From positions 7,737 to 71,736 of the forward strand of contig JAQUPI010000003.1 in NCBI GenBank assembly GCA_028716705.1: a stretch of 64,000 bases of DNA, read 5' to 3'. This stretch comes from Candidatus Omnitrophota bacterium (lineage in GTDB: Bacteria; Omnitrophota; Gorgyraeia; Gygaellales; Profunditerraquicolaceae). Every line of letters starts with the position of its first letter. Positions within the stretch are counted from its first letter, which is position 1. Below the pieces are notes generated by a model that did not search any database, was not told the origin of the DNA, and saw only the letters and a program-made list of their open reading frames with translations. This document shows, in pieces, positions 48,157-56,910 of this stretch. The position numbers were made by a program, and so were the translations under genes.

Positions 48157-48205
48157 AAGGCCTCTGAAAAAATCAATGAAAACTTTTCAGGGGCCTTATT
48201 TCCTT
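48157..48205 (+). terminator. Rho-independent terminator after the 1895-aa ORF
   Basis: AAGGCCTCTGAAAA (48157-48170), a 13-nt loop, then TTTTCAGGGGCCTT (48184-48197), followed by a T-rich 'ATTTCCTT'. Confidence 0.6.
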
Positions 48206-48233
48206 ATAATTATGTGTTGCATAATCTTATAAT
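48182..48233 (+). promoter_or_regulatory. AT-rich region with two TATAAT boxes (48205-48210 and 48228-48233) upstream of the second PilZ gene; candidate promoter
   Basis: Perfect TATAAT hexamers, but only weak -35 candidates. Confidence 0.3.
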
Positions 48234-48299
48234 TTATGATAGCATGAATTTCTTAGAAAAAGCCACCACGGAAAAAGCCACGGAGAAAGGAAAGGAGGC

Positions 48300-48629
48300 A
48301 TGGACGACCGTAGGGTTTTTGAGCGCATCGGCACGAAGCTGCCCGTCAGATTCTTAGACCCCATAAGCGGCAAAGAAGGTACCGCGGATACAACTGATAT
48401 CAGCGCCAACGGCCTTGGTATGGTGACCAATGAGAGCTTAAGAACCATGACTCCTTTAGAGATGTGGCTGGGAATCCCCGATAAACACGAGCCCCTTTAT
48501 ACGCGAGGCCAGGTAGTCTGGTCAGAATCCCTCCCCAGTTCCGGAGAATACCGCATCGGCATACGGCTGGAAAAAGCAGAATTAATGGGCTTAGCCAGGG
48601 TGTTATGGCTTAAGAGGCGCGCAGGTTAA
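48300..48629 (+). CDS. Single-domain PilZ protein, a paralog of the one at 32849-33178
   Basis: RBS AAGGAGG. Motifs 'RRVFER' and 'DISANG'. The sequence is colinear with the first PilZ, including the shared C-terminal 'EKAELMG.ARVL'. Confidence 0.8.
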   Translation: MDDRRVFERIGTKLPVRFLDPISGKEGTADTTDISANGLGMVTNESLRTMTPLEMWLGIPDKHEPLYTRGQVVWSESLPSSGEYRIGIRLEKAELMGLARVLWLKRRAG

Positions 48630-48680
48630 GCGCAGTTTCCGGCGACAGGAACCCTTAACCTCTTTGGGAAAATTGATAGT

Positions 48681-49970
48681 ATGCGTAAATTCCCCGTATT
48701 TTATATTCTTTTTCTTTTAATTTTTGCCGGATGCTCCGGCGCGAACAAAGGGTCCAAGCCGTCTGTGACCGTCTGGCATTGGATGACCGACCGCGATCCC
48801 GCCTTCCAGGAATTAGCCAAAAAATACGAAACTGACACAGGAATAAAAATAAATTTTGAGTTATACGCGCCATCCGACGCTTATTCCCAGAAAGTCCGCG
48901 CCGCGGCTCAAGGGCAGAACCTCCCGGATATTTACGGGATACTAGGCGAAAAGAGGGACTTTTCTTCCTTTGTGAAGGCGGGGCATGTCCTGGAACTGAC
49001 GCCGTACATGGAAGAATCGGGCGCGGCATGGAAAAACGCCTTGTTCGCGAAGGCGCTGGCCATAAATGAATTTCGCGAAGGGAACAGTTATGGCGTCAAG
49101 CCCGGTATTTACGGCGTGCCTATAGATACCATGACCATCCAGATGCTCTACAACAAGGATCTATTCAGGCAGTTAGGCCTTGATCCCGATAGCCCTCCGA
49201 AAACTTTCCAGGAATTTTTAGATATCGGTAAAAAGATCAAACAGGCTAATCTTCAGGGATTGGTTTCCGGATGGGACGAGACCTGGATAATTGACAGCCT
49301 GGCCAGTAATTATGCCTTCAATATCATGGGCGAAGGTAAGGTCATGGCAACCATAAGGGGAGAAGTGCCGTATACCGATCCGGATTGGATAAGGGTGTTG
49401 GCCATTTTTAAAGAGATGCAGGATTCCGGCGTATTGGCGAACGGCCTGGTAACCATGATAAACAAGACCGCGGAACAGCTTTTTGCCAACGGAAGAGCGG
49501 TTTTTGCCTTTAATGGTTCCTGGTGCGTCAATGTCTATAAGGGCATGAACCCGGACCTGAACTATGGGGCCATGATTCCGCCGTCCGCCGGCGATAAGTA
49601 TCCGATGACCATATGGGGAGGGGCAGGTTCTTCTTTTATGGTCAACCTCCGTTCAAAGAACATGGAAGAGGCGGTGAAATTCTTAAGGTGGCTGACGGAT
49701 AAGGACCAGCAAGTTTATCTTGCCCAGTCCACAAATAACCTTCCGGCAAATAAAGAAAGTTTAAGCAAATTATCCCCGTTGTTATCCCAGTTTGCCTATG
49801 TTATGGAGCATACGACGCATCCAAGCGCCTGGGGTATCTCGGAATTCCCTCAGGTAATCGAGGCTATCGATAAAGGCATTCAATCCATAATAATCGGGGA
49901 GAAGTCTCCCGAGCAGGTCGCCCAAGAAGTACAGAGGATGAAAGAGCGTGAATCAGCCAGAAAACGTTAG
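48681..49970 (+). CDS. Sugar ABC transporter substrate-binding lipoprotein (family 1 SBP)
   Basis: Lipobox 'LIFAGCSG'. Size and sequence are typical of MalE/UgpB-like SBPs. It is followed by two permease genes. Confidence 0.75.
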   Translation: MRKFPVFYILFLLIFAGCSGANKGSKPSVTVWHWMTDRDPAFQELAKKYETDTGIKINFELYAPSDAYSQKVRAAAQGQNLPDIYGILGEKRDFSSFVKAGHVLELTPYMEESGAAWKNALFAKALAINEFREGNSYGVKPGIYGVPIDTMTIQMLYNKDLFRQLGLDPDSPPKTFQEFLDIGKKIKQANLQGLVSGWDETWIIDSLASNYAFNIMGEGKVMATIRGEVPYTDPDWIRVLAIFKEMQDSGVLANGLVTMINKTAEQLFANGRAVFAFNGSWCVNVYKGMNPDLNYGAMIPPSAGDKYPMTIWGGAGSSFMVNLRSKNMEEAVKFLRWLTDKDQQVYLAQSTNNLPANKESLSKLSPLLSQFAYVMEHTTHPSAWGISEFPQVIEAIDKGIQSIIIGEKSPEQVAQEVQRMKERESARKR

Positions 49971-49973
49971 ACG

Positions 49974-50852
49974 ATGAGGTTCAAAGCCACCCTCGAAAAC
50001 TACGTATTTGTCTTGCCGGCAGTCCTGATTTTTTTGATCTTCTATGTCATACCGTTTATCTGGGTTTTCCAGTTGGGTTTATTCGACTGGGACGGTATCC
50101 TCCCCACCAAAACATTCGTCGGCTTGGATAATTTTAAAGAGATATTCTTTCAGGATAAGATCTGGTGGCAGTCGATGCTTAATGCCGGATGGATAACTTT
50201 TATTGCCCTGACCCTGCAAAATGCCGTTGCCTTTTTGCTAGCCATGGCTTGCAATAGAGAGATAAAATTAAAGCATTTTTACCGGCTCATATTCTTCATA
50301 CCCCCGGTATTGTCGGAGGTGGTGGTGGGGCTGGTCTGGCAATGGATTCTCGACGGAAATTATGGGCTCCTTAACGGCTGGTTAGTGCAATTAGGCTTGC
50401 CTAATTTAGTAAGGAACTGGCTTTCGGACCCGAATACCGCTTTGACCACGGTTGCCATTGTGCATTCATGGAAAGGCTTCGGCTGGGGATTTTTGATCTT
50501 CCTGGCGGGACTGCAGACCATACCGCGTGAATTTTACGAAGCCGCGCGCGTAGACGGGGCAAACGCCTGGGATTCTTTCCGGAAGATCACTATTCCCCTT
50601 ATGGTACCTGTTGCGGTATTAGTGGCCATACTTACGGTTTTGGGGACGATGCAGGCGTTTGTTTTGATCACCGCTATGACCGGCGGCGGCCCCGCGTATC
50701 ATACTCAAGTCCCTGTTTTGAGGATTTTGGCGTCTATGCGCGGATCATCCAGGTTCGGTTACGCCTGCGCGCAAGGGATCAATTTTGGTTTAATACTGAT
50801 GGCGATATCCTTTATCCAATACCGCTTCTCACGCAAGGCGCGCAATACTTAA
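49974..50852 (+). CDS. Sugar ABC transporter permease (MalF/UgpA-like)
   Basis: Six hydrophobic helices and the EAA loop 'EAARVDGANAWDSFRKITIPL'. Confidence 0.8.
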   Translation: MRFKATLENYVFVLPAVLIFLIFYVIPFIWVFQLGLFDWDGILPTKTFVGLDNFKEIFFQDKIWWQSMLNAGWITFIALTLQNAVAFLLAMACNREIKLKHFYRLIFFIPPVLSEVVVGLVWQWILDGNYGLLNGWLVQLGLPNLVRNWLSDPNTALTTVAIVHSWKGFGWGFLIFLAGLQTIPREFYEAARVDGANAWDSFRKITIPLMVPVAVLVAILTVLGTMQAFVLITAMTGGGPAYHTQVPVLRILASMRGSSRFGYACAQGINFGLILMAISFIQYRFSRKARNT

Positions 50853-50857
50853 AAGAG

Positions 50858-51706
50858 ATGAGGACGATAGCGTATTATAAATCCAAGAAGATAGCCGTAA
50901 ACGCGATCATCCACCTTTTATTGATCGCCGTCACTATCACCTGCCTCTTTCCTTTATTCTGGATGGTTTCGTCCAGCCTCAAGACCCAGGAGACGATATT
51001 CAAGGATATGTCTCTGATACCTAGAGAATTTCATTTTGAGAATTATATCCTTGCCTGGAGAGAAGGGGGCTTTGGCAGGTATTTCCTGAACAGTATACTT
51101 TACACTGTCTCGGTGGTGGCCGGCATTATTATTATCGCCTCCTTAGCCGCTTACGCGTTTTCCCGCTTGCGTTTCCCGGGGAAGAATTTTCTCTTCTTTA
51201 TGTTTATGGCGGCGATGATGATACCCATACCCGGAAGTTTTGTCCCCTTATACGTCCTTTTGAGTAAATTGCACTTAAGGAATACCGCGCTGGGCTATAT
51301 CCTATGCATGGTAAATGTAGGGTTATCCACGAGCATATTCCTCTTAAAGACTTTTTTTGATAAGCTTCCGCTTGAATTGGAAGACGCGGCCAGGATGGAC
51401 GGGTGCTCCAAATTAGGCATCTGGTGGCATGTGGCTTTACCCCTGGCAAAACCGGTATTGGCGGTAGTCGTGGTATTTAACGCCCTGAATGTCTGGAACG
51501 AGTATGTGCTGGCCCTGATAATATTCGACAATAAAAACCTGATGCCCCTGCAGCGGGCGTTGATGATGTTCCGGGGGGAGTTCTTGACCGATTATCCGCT
51601 TTTGATGGCGGGCTTGACTATAACGGCCCTGCCTATAATCATAGTATACCTGTTGATGCAGAAGTATATTGTCAAGGGAGTAACTAGCGGCGCGCTATTC
51701 GGATGA
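50858..51706 (+). CDS. Sugar ABC transporter permease (MalG/UgpE-like)
   Basis: EAA loop 'EDAARMDGCSKLGIWWHVALPLAKP'. Confidence 0.8.
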   Translation: MRTIAYYKSKKIAVNAIIHLLLIAVTITCLFPLFWMVSSSLKTQETIFKDMSLIPREFHFENYILAWREGGFGRYFLNSILYTVSVVAGIIIIASLAAYAFSRLRFPGKNFLFFMFMAAMMIPIPGSFVPLYVLLSKLHLRNTALGYILCMVNVGLSTSIFLLKTFFDKLPLELEDAARMDGCSKLGIWWHVALPLAKPVLAVVVVFNALNVWNEYVLALIIFDNKNLMPLQRALMMFRGEFLTDYPLLMAGLTITALPIIIVYLLMQKYIVKGVTSGALFG

Positions 51707-51711
51707 AAAAA

Positions 51712-51743
51712 TTGTTTAATGTGGAAGGTATATTTGTTATAAT
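51712..51743 (+). promoter_or_regulatory. Promoter with extended -10 (TGTTATAAT at 51735-51743) upstream of the MFS gene; an imperfect palindrome lies downstream (about 51764-51793)
   Basis: Consensus TATAAT with a TGn extension. 'CACCCAAACC...GGTTTGGTGTG' is a near-inverted repeat lying between the promoter and the RBS AAGGAG. Confidence 0.45.
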
Positions 51744-51822
51744 GCCATTTTAATTGTGATTAACACCCAAACCTATTTGATGGTTTGGTGTGCACTTGCT
51801 GCGTAAGGAGAAAGGGTAATTA

Positions 51823-53319
51823 ATGGAACAATCAGCTTGTAAGCCACGGCATGTTACAGCCCGCGAAGACCGCATCCCTCTGTTTCAAAAGGCCATATAC
51901 AGCATAGGAGGGCTCGTCAATAGCATTCAGGCCGCGGCTATTGGGGCGATGGTCATTGTTTTAAACATCGGATTAGGCGTGAATCCCGCTTTGGTGGGCC
52001 TTGTCGGGGCCATTCCGCGCATTATCGACGCCATATCAGATCCCCTTACGGGTTACTTTTCGGATAATGTCCGGACCCGATGGGGGCGCCGCAGGCCCAT
52101 TATATTCTTTGGAGCGATCATCGGGGGGGTTTTATACGCGTTGATGTTCCAGTTATATAAGGGTCATAGCGAAAGCTTCTATTTCTGGTATTTCGCGATA
52201 TTCCAGAGTATTTATTTTCTCGGATTTACCTGTTTTTCCATCCCCTGGATCGCACTAGGGTATGAAATGACCCCCGATTATCATGAGCGCACACGCTTGC
52301 AGGCAGCGAGCAATTTTATCGGTCAATTCGCCTGGATAATCGCTCCCTGGTTCTTCAAGATCATGGACAACAAGAGCATGTTCACGGATATTGTCCATGG
52401 AGCGCGGATCCTCTCAATACTCCTCGGCGCCTTTATCGTGGTCGGCGGCATACTTCCGGCAATTTTTATCAAAGAGCGTTTCGGTGACATAGCCAAACCA
52501 AAAAGAGGAGTGGGCCCTTGGAATATTACGAAAGACTTCTTTAACGGTTTCGCGGTCGCTTTCAAATGCCGCCCGTTCGTTAAACTTTGCGCGGCGACAT
52601 TCTTGATCTTCAACGGATTCATGCTTGCCTCGGCTTTCTCAGCTTATGTTATCTTCTTCTATGTTTATGGCGGCGATTATTCCAAAGGCGGCACATTGCT
52701 TGGCTGGTTCGGCTCGCTTAGCGCCGTTTGTACTTTCTGCGTCATTTTCATAGCCACATGGCTCTCCACGAAGATCGGCAAGCGCAATACCTTTTTGATC
52801 ACCGTTTCCATTTCCATCGTCGGTTACGCTTTGAAATGGATAGGATATAATCCGGCCCATCCATATTTACTGCTCATCGCGGCGCCTTTTATCGCGTTCG
52901 GCCTGGGATCGCTCTTCACATTGGTCAGTTCCATGGTAGCCGATGTTTGTGACTTTGACGAGCTTTTAACCGGCACGCGCAGAGAAGGCATGTTTGGCGC
53001 TATCTACTGGTGGATGGTAAAACTGGGGCTCGCGATTTCATCGCTTCTCTCCGGGATCCTCCTGAATGTAACCGGATTCAATGTCGCGTTAGGCGCCAAC
53101 CAGACAGTCAGCGCTTTATTCTGGATGAGGATATGCGATATCGGGATCCCGATCGCGACCTCTTTAATCGCCATTTTCATTATTATGACTTTTGAAATCT
53201 CGGAAGCCAAGGCATGCGAGATCCGCGCGCAGGTCGAAAGGCGAAGAGGGGAAAGGCGAAGCGAAGAAAAGCGGGTAGAAGAAGAAAGGCGAAGGGGAGA
53301 AAGACGGGAACAGGGTTAG
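51823..53319 (+). CDS. GPH-family (glycoside-pentoside-hexuronide:cation symporter-like) MFS transporter with an Arg/Glu-rich C-terminal tail
   Basis: 12 predicted TM helices and 'RWGRRRPIIFFG' (a GPH signature after TM2). The tail is 'ERRRGERRSEEKRVEEERRRGERREQG'. Confidence 0.75.
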   Translation: MEQSACKPRHVTAREDRIPLFQKAIYSIGGLVNSIQAAAIGAMVIVLNIGLGVNPALVGLVGAIPRIIDAISDPLTGYFSDNVRTRWGRRRPIIFFGAIIGGVLYALMFQLYKGHSESFYFWYFAIFQSIYFLGFTCFSIPWIALGYEMTPDYHERTRLQAASNFIGQFAWIIAPWFFKIMDNKSMFTDIVHGARILSILLGAFIVVGGILPAIFIKERFGDIAKPKRGVGPWNITKDFFNGFAVAFKCRPFVKLCAATFLIFNGFMLASAFSAYVIFFYVYGGDYSKGGTLLGWFGSLSAVCTFCVIFIATWLSTKIGKRNTFLITVSISIVGYALKWIGYNPAHPYLLLIAAPFIAFGLGSLFTLVSSMVADVCDFDELLTGTRREGMFGAIYWWMVKLGLAISSLLSGILLNVTGFNVALGANQTVSALFWMRICDIGIPIATSLIAIFIIMTFEISEAKACEIRAQVERRRGERRSEEKRVEEERRRGERREQG

Positions 53320-53325
53320 GGCTGG

Positions 53326-55689
53326 TTGCAGATAGACATGTTAAATCTAAAATCCAAATACTACAAAATCCAAAATAAATCCAAAATCCCAAATTCAAAG
53401 ATTAACTTTTGGGATTCTGAAATTAGGATTTGTTTGGTAGCATTGGTAGTATTGGGATTTGGGATTTGTCGTGCCTATGCTGAAGATAAGCCGTCTTCCG
53501 GAGAGCTGATCACGAAGGCCTGGGAGGCGCACGGGAAAAGAGACATCGAAAACACCTTTAAATACACCCAGCAGGTTATAGACCTATACAAGGATGAGGC
53601 GGACAGGCTTCAGGGGTCTTTAACGGCGCTTCCGAAGAACAAAGAAGAAATTGAGCAGGTAGCGGTTTTAAATAATGTAGCCACAGCCTATTTTATCCAG
53701 GCGGAGAGTTTAATGCGGCAAGAGAAGACGCAGGAAGCGAAGAAGGTCTTCCAGCTGATCATCGAAAAATACCCTTATGCCCAGGCTTGGGATCAGCGCG
53801 GATGGTATTGGCAGCTCGCCGAGGCTTCAGGGCAGAGCGTAAAGAAAATAGAGAGCGGTTTGATCGAAGTGGAGAGGAAGAAGGCTGTCAGCCAGATACC
53901 GACGAAGGTCGTCTTATACGACCCGGGCAAGGAAGAATTCGTGGATTACGCCAAATACGGCGAGTTTCAGAACTCCGGGACGAAGGATTATAAGTATGTG
54001 ATCAAGGATCAGGCGGGCTTGAGCGCGGCAGTAGGCGAGGGGATATATCCAAATACCACTTCCGTAAGATGGGATCCGGAATTTAAGAAAGCGCAAAAAG
54101 AAAAACGGCTCGATGCCGGTCACTGGGACTTTTTACATTCTCCGGACCTGGAAGCCGCGTTCTTAAAATGGGCGACTTCCTCGGAGCCGCAAGGCGTGAA
54201 ATTATTTTACACCGGGTTGGTCCTGGAAAAAGCGGGCCTCTTGAAGCACGCCATTAAATGTTATTACGCCATAGTTATGCACTTTCCGGGCGCGTACGGA
54301 TGGACTTACTGGCATACGCCCTGGTATGTCGGCCAGGCCGCCATTGCGAAGATAAAATTCCTGCTCAGAAAGAACCCTGAGCTGGGTTATAAACTCGAGG
54401 GAGCGGATATAACGGTTCAAAATGGCAACGATAACGATGTTTCTAACGACGTTGTCATAACCAGCCCCGGGAAATTCATAAAAACAGGCCCGTTTGATAA
54501 ATTAAAACTTCCCCATAAAGAAAAACGCGAAATAAAAAATAAAGTAGGGGAAGGCAGGGCCCGGTTGGAACAGTATACAAACGGCGACTGGCAGCTCATG
54601 GTGGATGATAAACCTTATGCGATCAAGGGGATCACCTATTCGCCCACCAAGGTCGGGCAGTCCCCGGACGACGGCACGCTAACCAACTGGATGGAAGATG
54701 ATTTTAATGATAACGGGAAGATCGACGGCCCTTACGATTCATTTGTGGACAAGAATGGGAATAACGCGAGGGATAACGACGAGCCTGTTACCGGAGACTT
54801 TCAGCTTTTAAAAGACATGGGGGTCAACACGATAAGATGGTACCAGCAGCCTTTTAAGGCAAACAAGCAATTGCTGCGCGAGCTTTATGAAAAATACGGC
54901 ATACGTGTCATAATGGGTGATTTCCTCGGAAAATACGCCCTTGGTTCGGGAGCCAGCTGGTATCCCGGAACCGACTATAATAATGAAGAGCATAAGAAGA
55001 ATATGATGAAATCGGTCCTTGATATGGTCAATGAATTCAAGGGCGAGCCTTATATCCTCTTCTGGCTTTTGGGAAACGAAAATGTCTACGGATTCGCCTG
55101 TAACGCGGACAAAGAACCCGAGGCTTATTTTAAATTCGTAAATGAAGTGGCCCGGGCGGTAAAGGCCGCGGACCCGGAACATCTTGTGGCGACCTGCAGC
55201 GGGGACACATTATTCCTGGATGTATTCGGGAAGAACTGCCCTGACGTGGATATCTTCGGCACAAACGCTTACAGGGGGGATTACGGGTTTGTGCATATTT
55301 GGCAGGATGTGAAGGCCGCGTCCGATAAGCCGGCCTTCATTACCGAATACGGCTGCCCGGCGCACGCCGAAGGCAGATCCGCGGAAGACGCCGAAAAAAT
55401 GCAGTCCGATTACCATCAGTCCGCCTGGGAAGACATCCATGCGAATATGGCTTTCCGGGAAGGCGCGGGCAACGCGATAGGCGGCGTAATATTCGAATGG
55501 ATCGATGAATGGTGGAAGGCTTATGAGCCGGGGCTTCACGATAAAAAGGGTCTATTTACCGGCCCATTTCCTGATGGGTATATGCACGAGGAATGGTTAG
55601 GAGTCTGCGGCCAGGGGGATGGAAAACTTAGTCCATTCTTAAGGCAATTACGCAAGTCCTATTTTACTTATAAAAAAATGTGGAAATAA
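53326..55689 (+). CDS. 787-aa secreted protein with a C-terminal clan GH-A-like (TIM-barrel) glycoside-hydrolase domain; paralog of 56911-58194
   Basis: Signal-like 'ICLVALVVLGFGICRAYA'. The C-terminal half shares 'LGNEN', 'ITEYG' and 'FEWIDEWWK' blocks with the 427-aa ORF. The 'GNE' acid/base and 'EYG/EFG' nucleophile spacing resemble clan GH-A. The start is ambiguous, and repeats and a hairpin lie in the first 150 nt. Confidence 0.6.
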   Translation: MQIDMLNLKSKYYKIQNKSKIPNSKINFWDSEIRICLVALVVLGFGICRAYAEDKPSSGELITKAWEAHGKRDIENTFKYTQQVIDLYKDEADRLQGSLTALPKNKEEIEQVAVLNNVATAYFIQAESLMRQEKTQEAKKVFQLIIEKYPYAQAWDQRGWYWQLAEASGQSVKKIESGLIEVERKKAVSQIPTKVVLYDPGKEEFVDYAKYGEFQNSGTKDYKYVIKDQAGLSAAVGEGIYPNTTSVRWDPEFKKAQKEKRLDAGHWDFLHSPDLEAAFLKWATSSEPQGVKLFYTGLVLEKAGLLKHAIKCYYAIVMHFPGAYGWTYWHTPWYVGQAAIAKIKFLLRKNPELGYKLEGADITVQNGNDNDVSNDVVITSPGKFIKTGPFDKLKLPHKEKREIKNKVGEGRARLEQYTNGDWQLMVDDKPYAIKGITYSPTKVGQSPDDGTLTNWMEDDFNDNGKIDGPYDSFVDKNGNNARDNDEPVTGDFQLLKDMGVNTIRWYQQPFKANKQLLRELYEKYGIRVIMGDFLGKYALGSGASWYPGTDYNNEEHKKNMMKSVLDMVNEFKGEPYILFWLLGNENVYGFACNADKEPEAYFKFVNEVARAVKAADPEHLVATCSGDTLFLDVFGKNCPDVDIFGTNAYRGDYGFVHIWQDVKAASDKPAFITEYGCPAHAEGRSAEDAEKMQSDYHQSAWEDIHANMAFREGAGNAIGGVIFEWIDEWWKAYEPGLHDKKGLFTGPFPDGYMHEEWLGVCGQGDGKLSPFLRQLRKSYFTYKKMWK

Positions 55690-55720
55690 AAAACAGCCCT
55701 TCTGGGCAAGGAGGTAAAAG

Positions 55721-56872
55721 ATGAAAAAAATATTAGTAGTTCTGGCTTTAGCGGTTTTGGCGATGCCGATTCTCGCGCTGGCTCAGGAACAAGCCGGTGA
55801 ACAGCCTAAGGAATTTGTAGTTTATACGGACAAGAATGCCCGTGATAACCACTATATTCCTTCAGGCTGGATGGGTGATTACGGCGACCTCAAGATGAAT
55901 GACCAGTCGATGGACAGCCCGCATTCAGGCACTACCTCTATCCAGTTTACTTATACCGCAAAGAAATCCCAGGGACAGGGTTGGGCGGGGATGCATTGGC
56001 AGAATCCCGCGAACAACTGGGGTTCCAAAAAAGGCGGTTTTGACCTTACCGGCATGACCAAGCTTACCTTCTGGGCGCGCGGCGCAAAAGGCGGGGAAAT
56101 AATACAGAAGGTAACGGTCGGAGGCATCAAGGGGGTATACCCGGATACAGCCAGCGCGGAATCAGGCCCTATCGAATTGACCGACGCCTGGAAGCAGTAT
56201 ACCGTCAACCTCTCCGGGAAGGATCTTAGCTATATCAACGGCGCTTTCGGCTGGGTAACCAATGCCGACCTTTGCCCGGACGGCGCGACTTTCTATATCG
56301 ACGATATCAAATTCGAAGCCGACCCTTCGATGAAACCTGAAGGCAAGAAACAGGAGAACATGCCTTTTTATGTCTATTCCGACAAGGGCTCCCTGAACAA
56401 CCATTATATCCCTTCCGGTTTCATGGGTGATTACGGAGACATTAAGATCGACGGGGCATCCGCGGATGACCCCTACCTGGGGAGCTCTTGCATCAAGATA
56501 GTGTATTCACCCCAGGCAACCCAAGGCGCCCGCTGGGCGGGGATGTATTGGCAGAACCCTCCCAACAACTGGGGCACGGTTGATGCCGGCTTTGACCTTT
56601 CTAAAGCGCAAAAACTTACCTTCTGGGCGCGCGGCGTCAATGGGGGCGAGAGGATAGAAGAGTTTAAAATCGGCGGGATCATGGGAGAATATTCAGATTC
56701 AGATACCGCTGTCATCGGCCCTGTCGTGCTTACTCCGGAATGGACGCAATATACCATTGATCTAAAAGGCAAAGACATGTCCTACATTATCGGCGGTTTT
56801 TGCTGGTCGGCCAATCTGGATGTGAATCCGGAAGGCGCGAGTTTCTATTTGGATGAGATAAAGTACGAATAA
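55721..56872 (+). CDS. Secreted protein built of two tandem ~190-aa homologous domains (possible carbohydrate-binding/lectin-like)
   Basis: Perfect RBS AAGGAGG. Signal 'MKKILVVLALAVLAMPILALA'. The two halves share 'HYIPSG.MGDYGD', 'WAGM.WQNP.NNWG' and 'KLTFWARG..GGE'. Confidence 0.75.
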   Translation: MKKILVVLALAVLAMPILALAQEQAGEQPKEFVVYTDKNARDNHYIPSGWMGDYGDLKMNDQSMDSPHSGTTSIQFTYTAKKSQGQGWAGMHWQNPANNWGSKKGGFDLTGMTKLTFWARGAKGGEIIQKVTVGGIKGVYPDTASAESGPIELTDAWKQYTVNLSGKDLSYINGAFGWVTNADLCPDGATFYIDDIKFEADPSMKPEGKKQENMPFYVYSDKGSLNNHYIPSGFMGDYGDIKIDGASADDPYLGSSCIKIVYSPQATQGARWAGMYWQNPPNNWGTVDAGFDLSKAQKLTFWARGVNGGERIEEFKIGGIMGEYSDSDTAVIGPVVLTPEWTQYTIDLKGKDMSYIIGGFCWSANLDVNPEGASFYLDEIKYE

Positions 56873-56910
56873 CGAATAACGAATAAGATAAGGCAGGGTA
56901 AGAGAAAAAC

